This document shows, one piece after another, positions 38,097-48,379 of a stretch of DNA of 64,000 bases (the stretch's first letter is position 1; every line of letters starts with the position of its first letter). This DNA is from Prorocentrum cordatum. Its lineage: Eukaryota. The notes under the pieces were generated by a model. The model worked only from the letters and a program-made list of their open reading frames with translations. It was not told the DNA's origin and did no database searches. Location: positions 248,001 through 312,000 of the forward strand of contig CAUYUJ010000314.1 of assembly GCA_963575745.1 (NCBI GenBank), read 5' to 3'. The position numbers and the translations under genes were made by a program.

Positions 38097-40874
38097 ATGT
38101 CGTCGTCCGCTGGGGCGGTTTCCCCGAGCCCTCCAGCCTCGTCGTCCCCTCTTTTTTCGAGGGCAGCTTCGCCGAGCCATCCTTCTTCTTCGAGGGCAGC
38201 TGCTTCGCCGAGCCCTGCTTCTTCTTCTTCAAGGGCAGCTTCGCCGAGCCCTGCTTCTTCTTCGAGGGCAGCAGCTTCGCCGAGCCCGAGCCCGAGCCCT
38301 GCGGCCGCGTCGAGGGCAGCTTCGCCAAGCCGTGGCAGCTGCAACAACTCGGACGCAGAATCGGCCGTGGCAGCTGCAACAACTGCCGTGGCCGCTGCCG
38401 ACGCAGCGGGCTCCGAAGAGGACAGCGGCTCCAACAGCGGCTCCGACAGCGGCTCCGGAGAGGACAGCGGCTCCAGCAGCGAGGCAGCCGCGGCTGCAAG
38501 AGCGAAGGCGAAGGCCGCCCCGAGCAAAGTAGTCGAGAAGTTCCCGCCTTCGTTGCCCATGACCCTGGAGGAGCACGTCGCCAGCCACGACTACCCAAAG
38601 CACGTCTCCACCTGCGGCGCTTGCAGATTTTGGAAGAACAAGGAGAAATGGAGCTCCTCGATGTCTGCGACGAATCCAGTAACACTGAAGAGTGAAACTT
38701 GGATAGGCTGCGTTGGTGGTAGATTTGCAGTCTGCTTGTCCTGCTCGGCGTTCAAGGGCGTTCGCTGCATTTCCACCATAGGCCAGGGATCCGCGAGTTT
38801 CCAACGCAAGGAAAACCTCGTGCGCCATGCACAGTGCGAGGAGCACCAGGCAGCAGAAGCGGCGTGGAAAGAGCGGATTCGAGCGGAAGGTGCGCACCAG
38901 GGTCTCCCCGTGTCTGTGTTCTCCACAACGGCTGCATCAGCTGCAGCAGCTGCAACAGCCGTGGCGCCTGCGCCCGCCGTCGTCCGCAACGCCGACCAGC
39001 GCCCTGGTTGCCGCGCAGTGGTCGCCACCCGTGCAATGTTGGAGACAAGCAGTTCCTTCAGTAGTTTCGACGTGTGGCGGGGTGCGTTCGTTGGGGGCGA
39101 CCGCCAAGTTTTGGAGTCTAGTCGGCAGTGCCGAAGGTTGGTGACCACCATGGCTCAGCACGAGGAGATCATCACGCAGAGGATCCTCAGACATGGTGCT
39201 GTTTTTCGTTTGGCTGCGGGCGGCCTCGACCGCGCGCGCCAGGTCGAAATTGGCACCGCGCTGTGGTCGATCCCGAAGGCTTTGGACTTCCTCCCAAGCT
39301 ACGGTCTCCAGGCAAGCTGGTTGGAACAGCTGGGCCCCAGAGGGCCCTGGATCGTGGATCGGGTGATCGGGATGCGGGAGTTCCCGCGGGACATGGGCTG
39401 CGACGGCAAGGCTTCCATGCTGGAGGAGTGCGTCCGTCGCGCGTGCCATGCGGCAGGCGGGGAGGTGGACGGGGACTTGCACAAGCATGTGCGACAGGAG
39501 ACTCGGGCATGGCGCAGCGATGGGGCGGATCTAAGTGTACCCACCATGGCTGCAACAACTACGTTCCCTGGGCTGAAGTTTCACGCGTGGGACGAGTCAC
39601 ACTCGCCCCAGAAGGTTCTGGCCAATTCGATGAAAGGAGACAGCGAAATAACGACCACGGACGAGCTGCTGGTAACGGGTAAGAAGCCGACAAGTCTGGC
39701 CAAGTTCCTGACTACCTCCACCGTGTTCCGCAACACATTCGGGAAGCAGCAGCTGGTGGAAGACGACGTTACGTTCGTCAAAATTTTCGGCTGGGCCCCC
39801 CAGCGTTTCAACAGTCGGGCGAGGCCCTATGCACGGGAAAGTCGGCGTTGGGAAGCCATTTCCGAGGCGCTCGCAGCGGAGTCCCAGGGGAATGACAAAG
39901 ATCGGCGCATTCTCGCCCGACATATTCTGGAAGGGCTCGGAGGCGAGAACAGTTCGCGCCTGCTCCTGGGGGGGTTGCTGGCCGGCTTGAGCGCGGAGCA
40001 CTACTCCTGGGTCGCGACCGGAGTCAAGAGCAACCCCGACGCTGCCAGCGTTCCATCCAGGGCAGCCGCTTTCCTCTCCAAGCTGGATACATTGTTCGTC
40101 AAGGGGAATATTCTGGCCACCCCCGACACGTTTACTGGCGTCACCCTCAAGTTTCTGAAGGTCACGAGGCGGTTCATGTGCGGCACTGGCGTCCAGACCG
40201 TTGGTATCGGCGATCGGAGCACGGGGCCCCGAGCCCGCGTAGCCGTCCACGCGGCTCTTCGACGAGTGCAGGGTATCGTGGCCAATGTGATGAAGAAAAT
40301 GAAGCTATATCGGCCAGAGCATTCTTGGTTGCACGCCTTTACAGCCTTTCGCTTGCCTTCCCCCCTGTCCCTGTCTGCAACAGCAGAGCATGCACCAGAA
40401 GCCGAGGCCTGTTTGAAGCGCATCTGCCAGGCGGCAGACCTCCCCGAGCAGAAGGCAATCTCCCAGCTGCGGCAAATGTTGCCCCGTGCCGAGGATCATC
40501 ATCATCGAAACGGGGGCGCCGCGCGGCAGGCTTGGGGCCGCGCTGCGGTGGAGTGGCCCGAGCTCCACAGCGGCCGTCGCCTCGTGGAGCTCTTCCTTGT
40601 ATGGAAAACGAGCACGGGCAACTTGGAGAGGCGATTCCGCCGTTTCTCGGAGATGAATTGCCCCGAGAGGGCGCGGCTCCTCGACGTGTCCGTCGAGGAG
40701 TGCACGCTCGTGGACCAGGCGCCCTCCAGCAGGTTGCTGCGCGCGTGGCTGGACGGCAACGACGGGAGCAGCTCTGCCGCCAGTCGTTGGTGCAGCCATG
40801 TGCTCAAGCTACATGAGTTCGCGCAGGGGAAGATAGCGCGCGGGAGCTTGGGACAGCACGTCGGACAGAGGTAG
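38097..40874 (+). CDS. hAT-like transposase (925-aa ORF, probably inactivated)
   Basis: S/A-rich N-terminal repeats, TTF-like Zn finger (W..CLSC...F..KENLVRH..CEEH), FRLAA(G)G at the expected first Asp, SDGA, WDESH, QRFNS and STGNLERRF, in hAT order. Confidence 0.75.
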   Translation: MSSSAGAVSPSPPASSSPLFSRAASPSHPSSSRAAASPSPASSSSRAASPSPASSSRAAASPSPSPSPAAASRAASPSRGSCNNSDAESAVAAATTAVAAADAAGSEEDSGSNSGSDSGSGEDSGSSSEAAAAARAKAKAAPSKVVEKFPPSLPMTLEEHVASHDYPKHVSTCGACRFWKNKEKWSSSMSATNPVTLKSETWIGCVGGRFAVCLSCSAFKGVRCISTIGQGSASFQRKENLVRHAQCEEHQAAEAAWKERIRAEGAHQGLPVSVFSTTAASAAAAATAVAPAPAVVRNADQRPGCRAVVATRAMLETSSSFSSFDVWRGAFVGGDRQVLESSRQCRRLVTTMAQHEEIITQRILRHGAVFRLAAGGLDRARQVEIGTALWSIPKALDFLPSYGLQASWLEQLGPRGPWIVDRVIGMREFPRDMGCDGKASMLEECVRRACHAAGGEVDGDLHKHVRQETRAWRSDGADLSVPTMAATTTFPGLKFHAWDESHSPQKVLANSMKGDSEITTTDELLVTGKKPTSLAKFLTTSTVFRNTFGKQQLVEDDVTFVKIFGWAPQRFNSRARPYARESRRWEAISEALAAESQGNDKDRRILARHILEGLGGENSSRLLLGGLLAGLSAEHYSWVATGVKSNPDAASVPSRAAAFLSKLDTLFVKGNILATPDTFTGVTLKFLKVTRRFMCGTGVQTVGIGDRSTGPRARVAVHAALRRVQGIVANVMKKMKLYRPEHSWLHAFTAFRLPSPLSLSATAEHAPEAEACLKRICQAADLPEQKAISQLRQMLPRAEDHHHRNGGAARQAWGRAAVEWPELHSGRRLVELFLVWKTSTGNLERRFRRFSEMNCPERARLLDVSVEECTLVDQAPSSRLLRAWLDGNDGSSSAASRWCSHVLKLHEFAQGKIARGSLGQHVGQR

Positions 40875-40909
40875 GCTTCGGGCGCAGGCGAGCAGCTGCC
40901 GTCGACGCC

Positions 40910-41805
40910 ATGGTGGCCGCTTCCCCGAGCAAGCGCGCCCGCCTTCTCGCGGAGGGCGCCCCCGATCTCGCTGCGCTGGCTCAGGGGGCGGCCCAGGCGA
41001 GCGGCGCAGATCCAGTCGGGCCCGCTGCAAAAAACGTCGCCGCCGTCGCCAAGCGGGGGGCCAGGATCCGAGAGCGCAATCTTGGGGGGGCGAAGGCCGC
41101 CGCCAAGGCCAGGAGTACCCGAGAGAAGAAAGTCCTGCGCAGTAGTGCCAGGCCAGCTGCGGGCCGTGACGCTTGCTTGCTGCCCCCCCCCCGCGTCCCG
41201 CTGGGCTCATGCTGGCTCGCATGGTAGATGAGGGCGCTCGCAAGAAGGCGCAGCGCTTGCGTTTCAAGGTGTTTCAGGACCCCGTGGAGTTCCTGGACTA
41301 TCTTGCCAGTCATACGGCCCAGGGGAAGAAGAAGGGGAACGTAGTCTTGGCGCCAACAGCTGACACCGACTATTGCATCGCCGCCCAGATCGTAGCAGCG
41401 TTCACGGGAGTTTTTTTCACAGCGCCGGCTGACTTTGCACGGGAGGATTCTCCAAAAGGCATCCAGTACACGGAGAAGCTTCGGAACTCGAGCAAGAGCT
41501 ACCACGTGGCTGTAACAGAGGCTCTCGCGGCAGACCTGCCTACGCTGCCCCGCGTTTTACGAGCGCTTGCACAGACGCCGAGTGGGTGTGTGATCTATTA
41601 CAAGAGCCCCAAGAAGCTCTGCAAGTTCTTCAAGAGGCAGGCCAATCCCCGCCTGGCGCAGCGAACTTGCGTGCTGTGCCGCTCGGGAGAAGAAGCGGGT
41701 GTTGACAGTGCTGTTAAACAGCTCTACAACAGCCCGAGGAACTGGGTGCTGCGTTTCGACGCGACGGTCGCAGCACTGTGCCCAGGCACCATGGCCGTGC
41801 CATAG
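40910..41805 (+). pseudogene. Frameshifted C-terminal extension of the transposase, or a downstream ORF of unknown function
   Basis: Protein-like ORFs 40910-41227 and 41173-41805 overlap across a C-run near 41184. Confidence 0.55.
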
Positions 41806-42106
41806 TTTGTTGAAAAAGAGCGCCGCCCAACGTCGTCCGACCTTACCTCCCCCCCTGCGCCCCTCAGTGGGCGCCGCTGCCGCGGGCGGCGCTGCCCGCC
41901 GCTGGGGACCTGAAGGTCGCCGATGGGGGGGGGGGGGCTGCTGTTGCCCGTGGCGGCGGTTGTCGGCGGCGAGGGTGGGAGGGCGGGGGTGGGAAGCATC
42001 GGGCGCCCAGGGCCGCCCTCAGGAGGAGGGGGATGAGGGGGGTGATGGGGCTGAAGGAGGAGGGGGGAGCAGGACGAGGCAGGAGCAGCGACGAGGCCGT
42101 CTTCCC

Positions 42107-42353
42107 CGCTGCAACATCCGCTGCAACAGCCGCTGCAACAGCCGCTGCAACAGCCGCTGCAACAGCCGCTGCAACAGCCGCTGCAACAGCCGCTGCAACA
42201 GCCGCTGCAACAGCCGCTGCAACAGCCGCTGCAACAGCCGCTGCAACAGCCGCTGCAACAGCCGCTGCAACAGCCGCTGCAACAGCCGCTGCAACAGCCG
42301 CTGCAACAGCCGCTGCAACAGCCGCTGCAACAGCCGCTGCGACAGCCGCTGCA
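42107..42353 (+). repeat. (GCTGCAACAGCC)n 12-bp minisatellite, ~20 units
   Basis: Near-perfect tandem array. Confidence 0.97.
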
Positions 42354-42529
42354 GTAGTAGAGCACACCCAGCTTTCCTGTAGCGCAAGCACCTCGGCTCA
42401 AGGCATTTCTTGCAGCGCCTGCAGGCTGCCATGCCAGAGATGGGGCGCAAGGGCAAGGGCAAAGGGCGCCAGGTCAGACCAGCCAAATCTGGGCTAGCTG
42501 TAGTACCCCCCCCCCCCCCCCTGTCTGAT

Positions 42530-42810
42530 AAGAGCTCCCATGGAGCTCTAACATGCCATGTTAGAGCTCCCATGGGGCTCTAACATGGCAGGTTAGAGGA
42601 TGTTAGAGCTACATTGGAGCTCTAACATGCCATGTTAGAGCTCACCTGGAGCTCTAACATGGCATGCTACATGATGTTAGAGCTCACAGGGAGCTCTACC
42701 ATGCCATGTTAGAGCCCCAGCGGCATGCTCTAGCTCTAACATACCATGTTAGAGCTCCCATGGAGATCTAACATGGCATGCTAGAGCTCCCAGTAGTGCC
42801 ATGTTAGCAA
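42530..42810. repeat. Palindromic ATGTTAGAGCTC satellite, short block
   Basis: Alternating GAGCTCTAACAT and ATGTTAGAGCTC. Confidence 0.9.
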
Positions 42811-42815
42811 GTCGT

Positions 42816-42884
42816 ACGTCTAACTTGATATGTTACACCTCCCTGGGGATACCCCAGGGAGGTGTAACATATCAAGTTAGACGT
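42816..42884. other. Perfect 33-bp-arm palindrome
   Basis: ACGTCTAACTTGATATGTTACACCTCCCTGGGG-ATA-reverse complement. Confidence 0.95.
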
Positions 42885-43029
42885 CGAATTGTACTACAGC
42901 TCCTCCAGTTTTGGCTAGTAGGAGCTGCGTGGGAGCTCGAACATGGGATGTTAGTAGAGCTCCCATCTTCAGGTCGGCAGCTGGGAGTACTTGCTCAATC
43001 ATCGCAAAGGCTTGCGGAGCCAGAGGGAG

Positions 43030-44749
43030 CGGTACGCTGGCGCGTCAGGAGGGCGAACACGATGAGGTGTTGGATCATGAGCGCCGCCTGCGCTGGGTCC
43101 AACATAAGCAGCAGCAGTTGGACTATGACGGCATGATGATCTTCGACCGTCCAGGAGTCTGGGAGGGCCAGGAGAGACCCTACGGGTGCCTGGACGCGAC
43201 CGCACATAGGCAGTTGAGCGACGAGGAGATCAGGTGGAACACTCCTATGATCGACTGGGAGCGTCGGAACCCGCCACGGGCGACTGGGATCGAAGACTGT
43301 GCACGGTACCACTGGGATCTGCATATTTGGCAGCGGCGCCTGTCAAACGCCCAGAGTCGCCAGAGAGAGGCGTCGCCGCGCCAGCGCCAGTTGGCTGCAA
43401 CAGCGTCATCAAGCGGGCGGCGGGCCCAGGCCGAGCAGTCGGGTGATCCGCACCACGCGATTGTGATCTCCGACAGCGACTCCCCCCGAGAGGCTGGTGA
43501 CCGTACCCGCAGAGGCAGAGAGCGCACCCGCAGCACGGCGCGGGATGTTCCTGTCACGGCACGGCGCGGGATGGGTGCTCCTCTCGCATCTCCGCTTCGG
43601 CAGGAGGAGGATGATTGGAGACAAAAGACTCCGTGGGCCAAGCACGCGGCAGCGAAGAGGGTCAGTGACGCGCCCGCGGAGGGCCAGCCTCTTCCGAAAC
43701 GGATGCCCTCCCGCCCGCCACGGCCAATCGATTTATCGGGCAGGGTCGCGCCGCCGCCGCCGCCGATGGCGAGAGCGCAGCTGCGGCAAGAGGCGGGCCA
43801 CTACAAGCCCGACCCAGAGGGAGCGCACAAGGAACACATGGAGGCTGCTGAGCGGCGCCAGCTCTTATCCCAGGCCCCACGTGGGTCAGCCGCACGGGCG
43901 ACGACGGTTTCTTCTTCTGCCACCATGATGAAGCGCAGCGAGGAGCCTATATAGCGCGGGAAACTTCTTACGCGGCAGGCGGAACATACGACGAAGAATG
44001 CCCGCATAGCTGCAAGAGCCATGTCAGCCTTCCCGCTGCGTGCAAAGGTCGGTCAGACGGCGGAGCAGTCCAAAGGTTACACGTCCATCGCCAAGTTGCC
44101 CCCCGAGGAGGCCGCAGTCGTCGAGCAGAGCAAGCCGAAGCGCCTTCCACCCTTTGTTTTGTCGTCCCCGCACGAGGCCATTCCCGTGTTCCACAAGGAC
44201 TGGACGCTGGTCGAGGACTGGATGCTGGAATTAAAGCTGCGGGCAGAGAGGAACAATATGATACATGAGTACCTCCTAGCCGGCTTCCCCGTGTGGTGCC
44301 CGAGCTCGGGAAACTCCATGTGGCCTCTGGTGCGATCGCACGACTTCTGCACCTTTCACCCCATCCAAGCTGTAACAGCGGAAGCGGGCCCTGGCTGCGT
44401 CGTGAAGGAGGCGTCCATCGTGCAGAAAGGAGACATCGTCTTCTGCCTGGTGCAACCGCAGCACCAATACTACGCGCACATTGTGGTCAAGGCAGATTGG
44501 GACTCCCACAGGCGCGAGTACAAGTACTGGATCGGCAACATCAGGCAGAACATACATGGCTATTGTTTCAGGGAGCACATCTTCGGGATCCTCGTGGACG
44601 TGCAGGTGCAGTACCATGGCAACTACTACAGTCGCCCGCACCCAAAAACGCTGTACGACAGAGTCGCGCTTATTTATTACACGAACCCTGGCGAGGCAAT
44701 GCAACTCTGTGAGCCTCGGTGGGAGCAGCCCGCGTCTGGGAGCAGCTGA
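43030..44749 (+). pseudogene. Unknown N-terminal region plus peptidase S24/S26-like domain; single in-frame TAG at 43952-43954
   Basis: ORFs 42911-43954 and 44021-44749 share a frame with 22 open codons between them. The C-terminal part has SSGNSMWP, GDIVFC and YYAHIVV. Start position uncertain. Confidence 0.65.
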
Positions 44750-44960
44750 CAGCTTGCACAGACTGTCGCAGTAAATCGCGGGGCCTCTCCGAGCGCGCTT
44801 CTGGTAGACTGCAACAGTCGACTGCGACACGCCAGTTCTGGTTTAGGCATTGCTTCTGTCAGCGCCAGTTTTGGCCGACCTGCACAGATGCGCCTCTCAG
44901 ATGAGCCCTGCCTTCCGCTATGCAACAGATACGCACACAATTCGAGTACGCGGCACCCTC

Positions 44961-45614
44961 GCACACATTTCGAGTGGGGTCGTGGGCGGCTAGCATGACT
45001 GCTGAACACCGCAAGTTCTCGAGCGCCTGACCCAGTCGGCGAAGTGCTTCCAGTCGCGTCGGGTGGTGACTGTCTGTCAGATACCCTTCGGCGCGGGTGG
45101 CCTGACCTTTGCCTTATACTGTAACAGTGGCACGCCTGTGCGGCCGCCCGCATGCGCTTTGACGCTGTGCGGACTGGGTTTGTCTTGCGGTTTTCCTTGA
45201 TGCTGAGCCGGCTTGGCTGCACGACTGAGGTGTGTGTGTGTTTGTATATGATTAGCACACATCAACACGAAGTACATGTATTGTGTGTGGTATTGTCCTC
45301 TCGTGCGTCTCATCTTAGGAGCGTGCCACTCGTTCAGGGACCCTGGCTTCCAGCTCGCTGGCCTCAGGTTGCCGGTTGACTTACTCAGGGGGATGGCAGT
45401 GGTGCGGGGAATGGGAAGGGGCTGGGATGGGGACGGTTGCGCGGAATCGGCAGAGTCTTTGTGGCCAGCGCTCCGCTGCAACAGCCGCGCACATTTCGAG
45501 TGGGGTTGTGGGCGGCTAGCATGACTGAACACCGCAAGTTCTCGAGCGCCTGACCCAGTCGGCGAAGTGCTTCCAGTCGCGTCGGGTGGTGACTGTCTGT
45601 CTGTCAGATACCCT
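44961..45614 (+). repeat. ~125-bp direct repeats (44961-45087 and 45487-45614)
   Basis: CACATTTCGAGTGGGG...CTGTCAGATACCCT is duplicated with small indels. Confidence 0.85.
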
Positions 45615-46328
45615 ACGTCTGACAAAACGGCGAGCTTCTCCGACTCGTCTCCTCTCGCCGTCTGCTGCGCCTCCGCTGCAACAGCTCCTGCGCCTCCCCG
45701 CCCCCCCGGTCCCTGGTGGCGGCCGGCGCTGCCGCGGGCGGCCGCGGCGCCCCCGCAGGCCCGCGTGGGGGAACCAGGATGGCGATGACGAGGAGGACGA
45801 GGCTAGGAGGAGGAGCAGGAGGAGGAGTCCAGGTGGGAGGAGGGGGGTGGAGCGCATCACGCTCTGAGCTAAGGTGCCCGCGAGAGCATTTGCTACTGGC
45901 GCGAGTGGGAATGGGCCCACGATAGGACTCTGCGCATGTGCTGCGCATGGCTGGAACAGCGAGCGCAGGCGCTCCCATGCATCCCTGAGCTCAGAGATGA
46001 GGAGAAAGACGCACATATTCAGATCAACTGCATTCCTTATTATGCAGATTGTCTCACCCTCCAGGCCGCTAGGCGCTAGGCGCTTGGATGCTTGGGCTGC
46101 CTGGTTCGAATTGATCTAGCCTCTAGCCTTCGGCTGTCTGGTGCCCAGTGCCTCCCTGGTCGCCACCAGCTGGGCGCAGCAAGCGAGGAGGAAGAGGCCA
46201 CCAGAGAGGGCCCTAGGGCCCTAGGGCACCACGCCCAGGACCCCGCAGAGCCCCGAGCACCCCAGCAGATCCGCGACAGGATTCGCATCCTTACATCATC
46301 TTGGCATATTGGCCCAAGCTAGTTCCCC

Positions 46329-47552
46329 ATGGCTGGGGCAAGAGCCATGGGGGATCCTTTATTCAGCACCTCATCCCAGGGGTCTCCCAGCGCGGACTCG
46401 CAGTCGGTGTCTGCCTGCCTTCTGCGAGACATGTTTGGCGGCTCGGATGACGAGGCCACTGAAGGTGCGACGCTCTATGTTGAAGCCAGAGTTGCCGTGG
46501 ACGTTCGGACCGTGGCCGCCGCCGCTGCGAGTCCGCAGCAAGCCAACCAGGGAGGTTTTGCAGCGGGCGTGGGCGCCGCTGGCGGCGCCCACAGAGCAGC
46601 GCGAGATCCAGACAGCATCGCTTCCTCCAGACATAAGGGCTTGCAAGAGCCGTCGGCATCGCCTCCAGAGATCAGGGCCTGCGAGATCCAGACAGCATCG
46701 CCCTCTCCAGCACAGGTGCATCCAGCATCAGCATCGTCGCTTCCTCCAGGGAGCGTCGGAGACGGCGGAGCAGCTCGAGGGCCTTGCGGCGTGAACGTGA
46801 AGGTCACGGTCATGGCCAATGACACCATCAGCGCCGATGGCATGGGCAATGGGAACAACGGCATATTTTCGTTCATCACAGATCGCCTGGGGCTCGACCT
46901 TTCACGCGGGGGGCCGCCTACCGACGCTGTCGAGGGCCGAGCAGGATGCGGCGACGGTGGCGACAAGGGCTCTGGAGTTCGGAGCCCGAGGGCCTTTGCA
47001 GGGGTCGATGGCGGCAGCGCATTTCAGTTCGCGAAGGTCGCCTGTTTCGACGACAACGGCAACAGAGTGACAGCGCCTGCCAGGCGTCGCATGCGCTCGC
47101 GCAGCCGAGAGACGCGGCTTAAGATGATGCGGGAGGGCGCCCGGGAGGACGCTCGACAGGTGCCTAGTGATTGTCGCGACATGCAATCGATGTTTGTACA
47201 CCAGCCCCTCGTCGACATCGACGTTGGTCTAGTGATGAAGCGCGTGCGGCACCTCCACGATCGTGCCATCGCCTCTGGGCTCTCCGTCTACATCGGCACG
47301 ACGAGCGACCCTTCATGGCGATGGAATGGAGGATGGGGGTGGCGAGGAAACGACCGAAGCTTCATGCGCGGGCACAAGCTCAGCTACGATGAGATGCAAG
47401 TGGTCGCGTCCTTCCCCGACAAACAATGCGGAGAGGTTGAGAAGCATGTGATCGCGCACTTCCCCCGTGCTGACAACAAGGTCGCGTCGCAGCAGGGGCT
47501 TGCGGTCAGGCACTGCGCATGCAGCTTCCTATATGTCTGTAGGACATTATGA
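46329..47552 (+). CDS. Protein with disordered N-terminus and C-terminal GIY-YIG-like nuclease domain
   Basis: VYIGTTSDP..RW...H...EVEKHVI...DN matches the YIG, Arg, His, Glu, Asn order. SL-like relics CATCTTGGC and CATATTGGCCCAAG lie at 46297-46318. Confidence 0.6.
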   Translation: MAGARAMGDPLFSTSSQGSPSADSQSVSACLLRDMFGGSDDEATEGATLYVEARVAVDVRTVAAAAASPQQANQGGFAAGVGAAGGAHRAARDPDSIASSRHKGLQEPSASPPEIRACEIQTASPSPAQVHPASASSLPPGSVGDGGAARGPCGVNVKVTVMANDTISADGMGNGNNGIFSFITDRLGLDLSRGGPPTDAVEGRAGCGDGGDKGSGVRSPRAFAGVDGGSAFQFAKVACFDDNGNRVTAPARRRMRSRSRETRLKMMREGAREDARQVPSDCRDMQSMFVHQPLVDIDVGLVMKRVRHLHDRAIASGLSVYIGTTSDPSWRWNGGWGWRGNDRSFMRGHKLSYDEMQVVASFPDKQCGEVEKHVIAHFPRADNKVASQQGLAVRHCACSFLYVCRTL

Positions 47553-47671
47553 GCGCCATTTGCGAAGCTGCCCAGCTCCGCTGTCTTGTGCGTGCAGTGG
47601 CCACTACCCAGACGTGGTACGTGGTGGGGACGACTGAGGCTGCGATGCAGAAGTGACAGAATCGCCAGTAC

Positions 47672-48242
47672 GCTGCAACAGCCGCTGCAACAGCCGCTGC
47701 AACAGCCGCTGCAACAGCCGCTGCAACAGCCGCTGCAACAGCCGCTGCAACAGCCGCTGCAACAGCCGCTGCAACAGCCGCTGCAACAGCCGCTGCAACA
47801 GCCGCTGCAACAGCCGCTGCAGCCGCTGCAGCCGCTGCAGCCGCTGCAACAGCCGCTGCAACAGCCGCTGCAACAGCCGCTGCAACAGCCGCTGCAACAG
47901 CCGCTGCAACAGCCGCAACAGCCGCTGCAACAGCCGCTGCAACAGCCGCTGCAACAGCCGCTGCAACAGCCGCTGCAACAGCCGCTGCAACAGCCGCTGC
48001 AACAGCCGCTGCAACAGCCGCTGCAACAGCCGCTGCAACAGCCGCTGCAACAGCCGCTGCAACAGCCGCTGCAACAGCCGCTGCAAAAGCCACTGCAACA
48101 GCCGCCGCAACAGCCGCTGCAACAGCCGCTGCAACAGCCGTTGCAACAGCCGTTGCAACAGCCGCTGCAACAGCCGCTGCAACAGCCGCTGCAACAGCCG
48201 CTGCAACAGCCGCTGCAACAGCCGCTGCAACAGCCGCTGCAG
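47672..48242 (+). repeat. (GCTGCAACAGCC)n 12-bp minisatellite, ~48 units
   Basis: Near-perfect tandem array. Confidence 0.97.
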
Positions 48243-48379
48243 TAGTAGAGCACACCCAACTTTCCTTTCGCGCAAGCACCTCGGTTCAAGGCATTTCTTG
48301 CAGCGCCTACAGTCTGCCATGTCAGACATGGGGGCCCGCGCAGGGGGGGCATCCTGGCCCATGTCCAGAAGCCATCATC

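Noticed and set aside
42904..43000. SL relics before the peptidase gene (CCAGTTTTGGCTAG, CTTGCTCAA), and similar words near 15645 and 62250
   Set aside because: Too degenerate to distinguish from chance.
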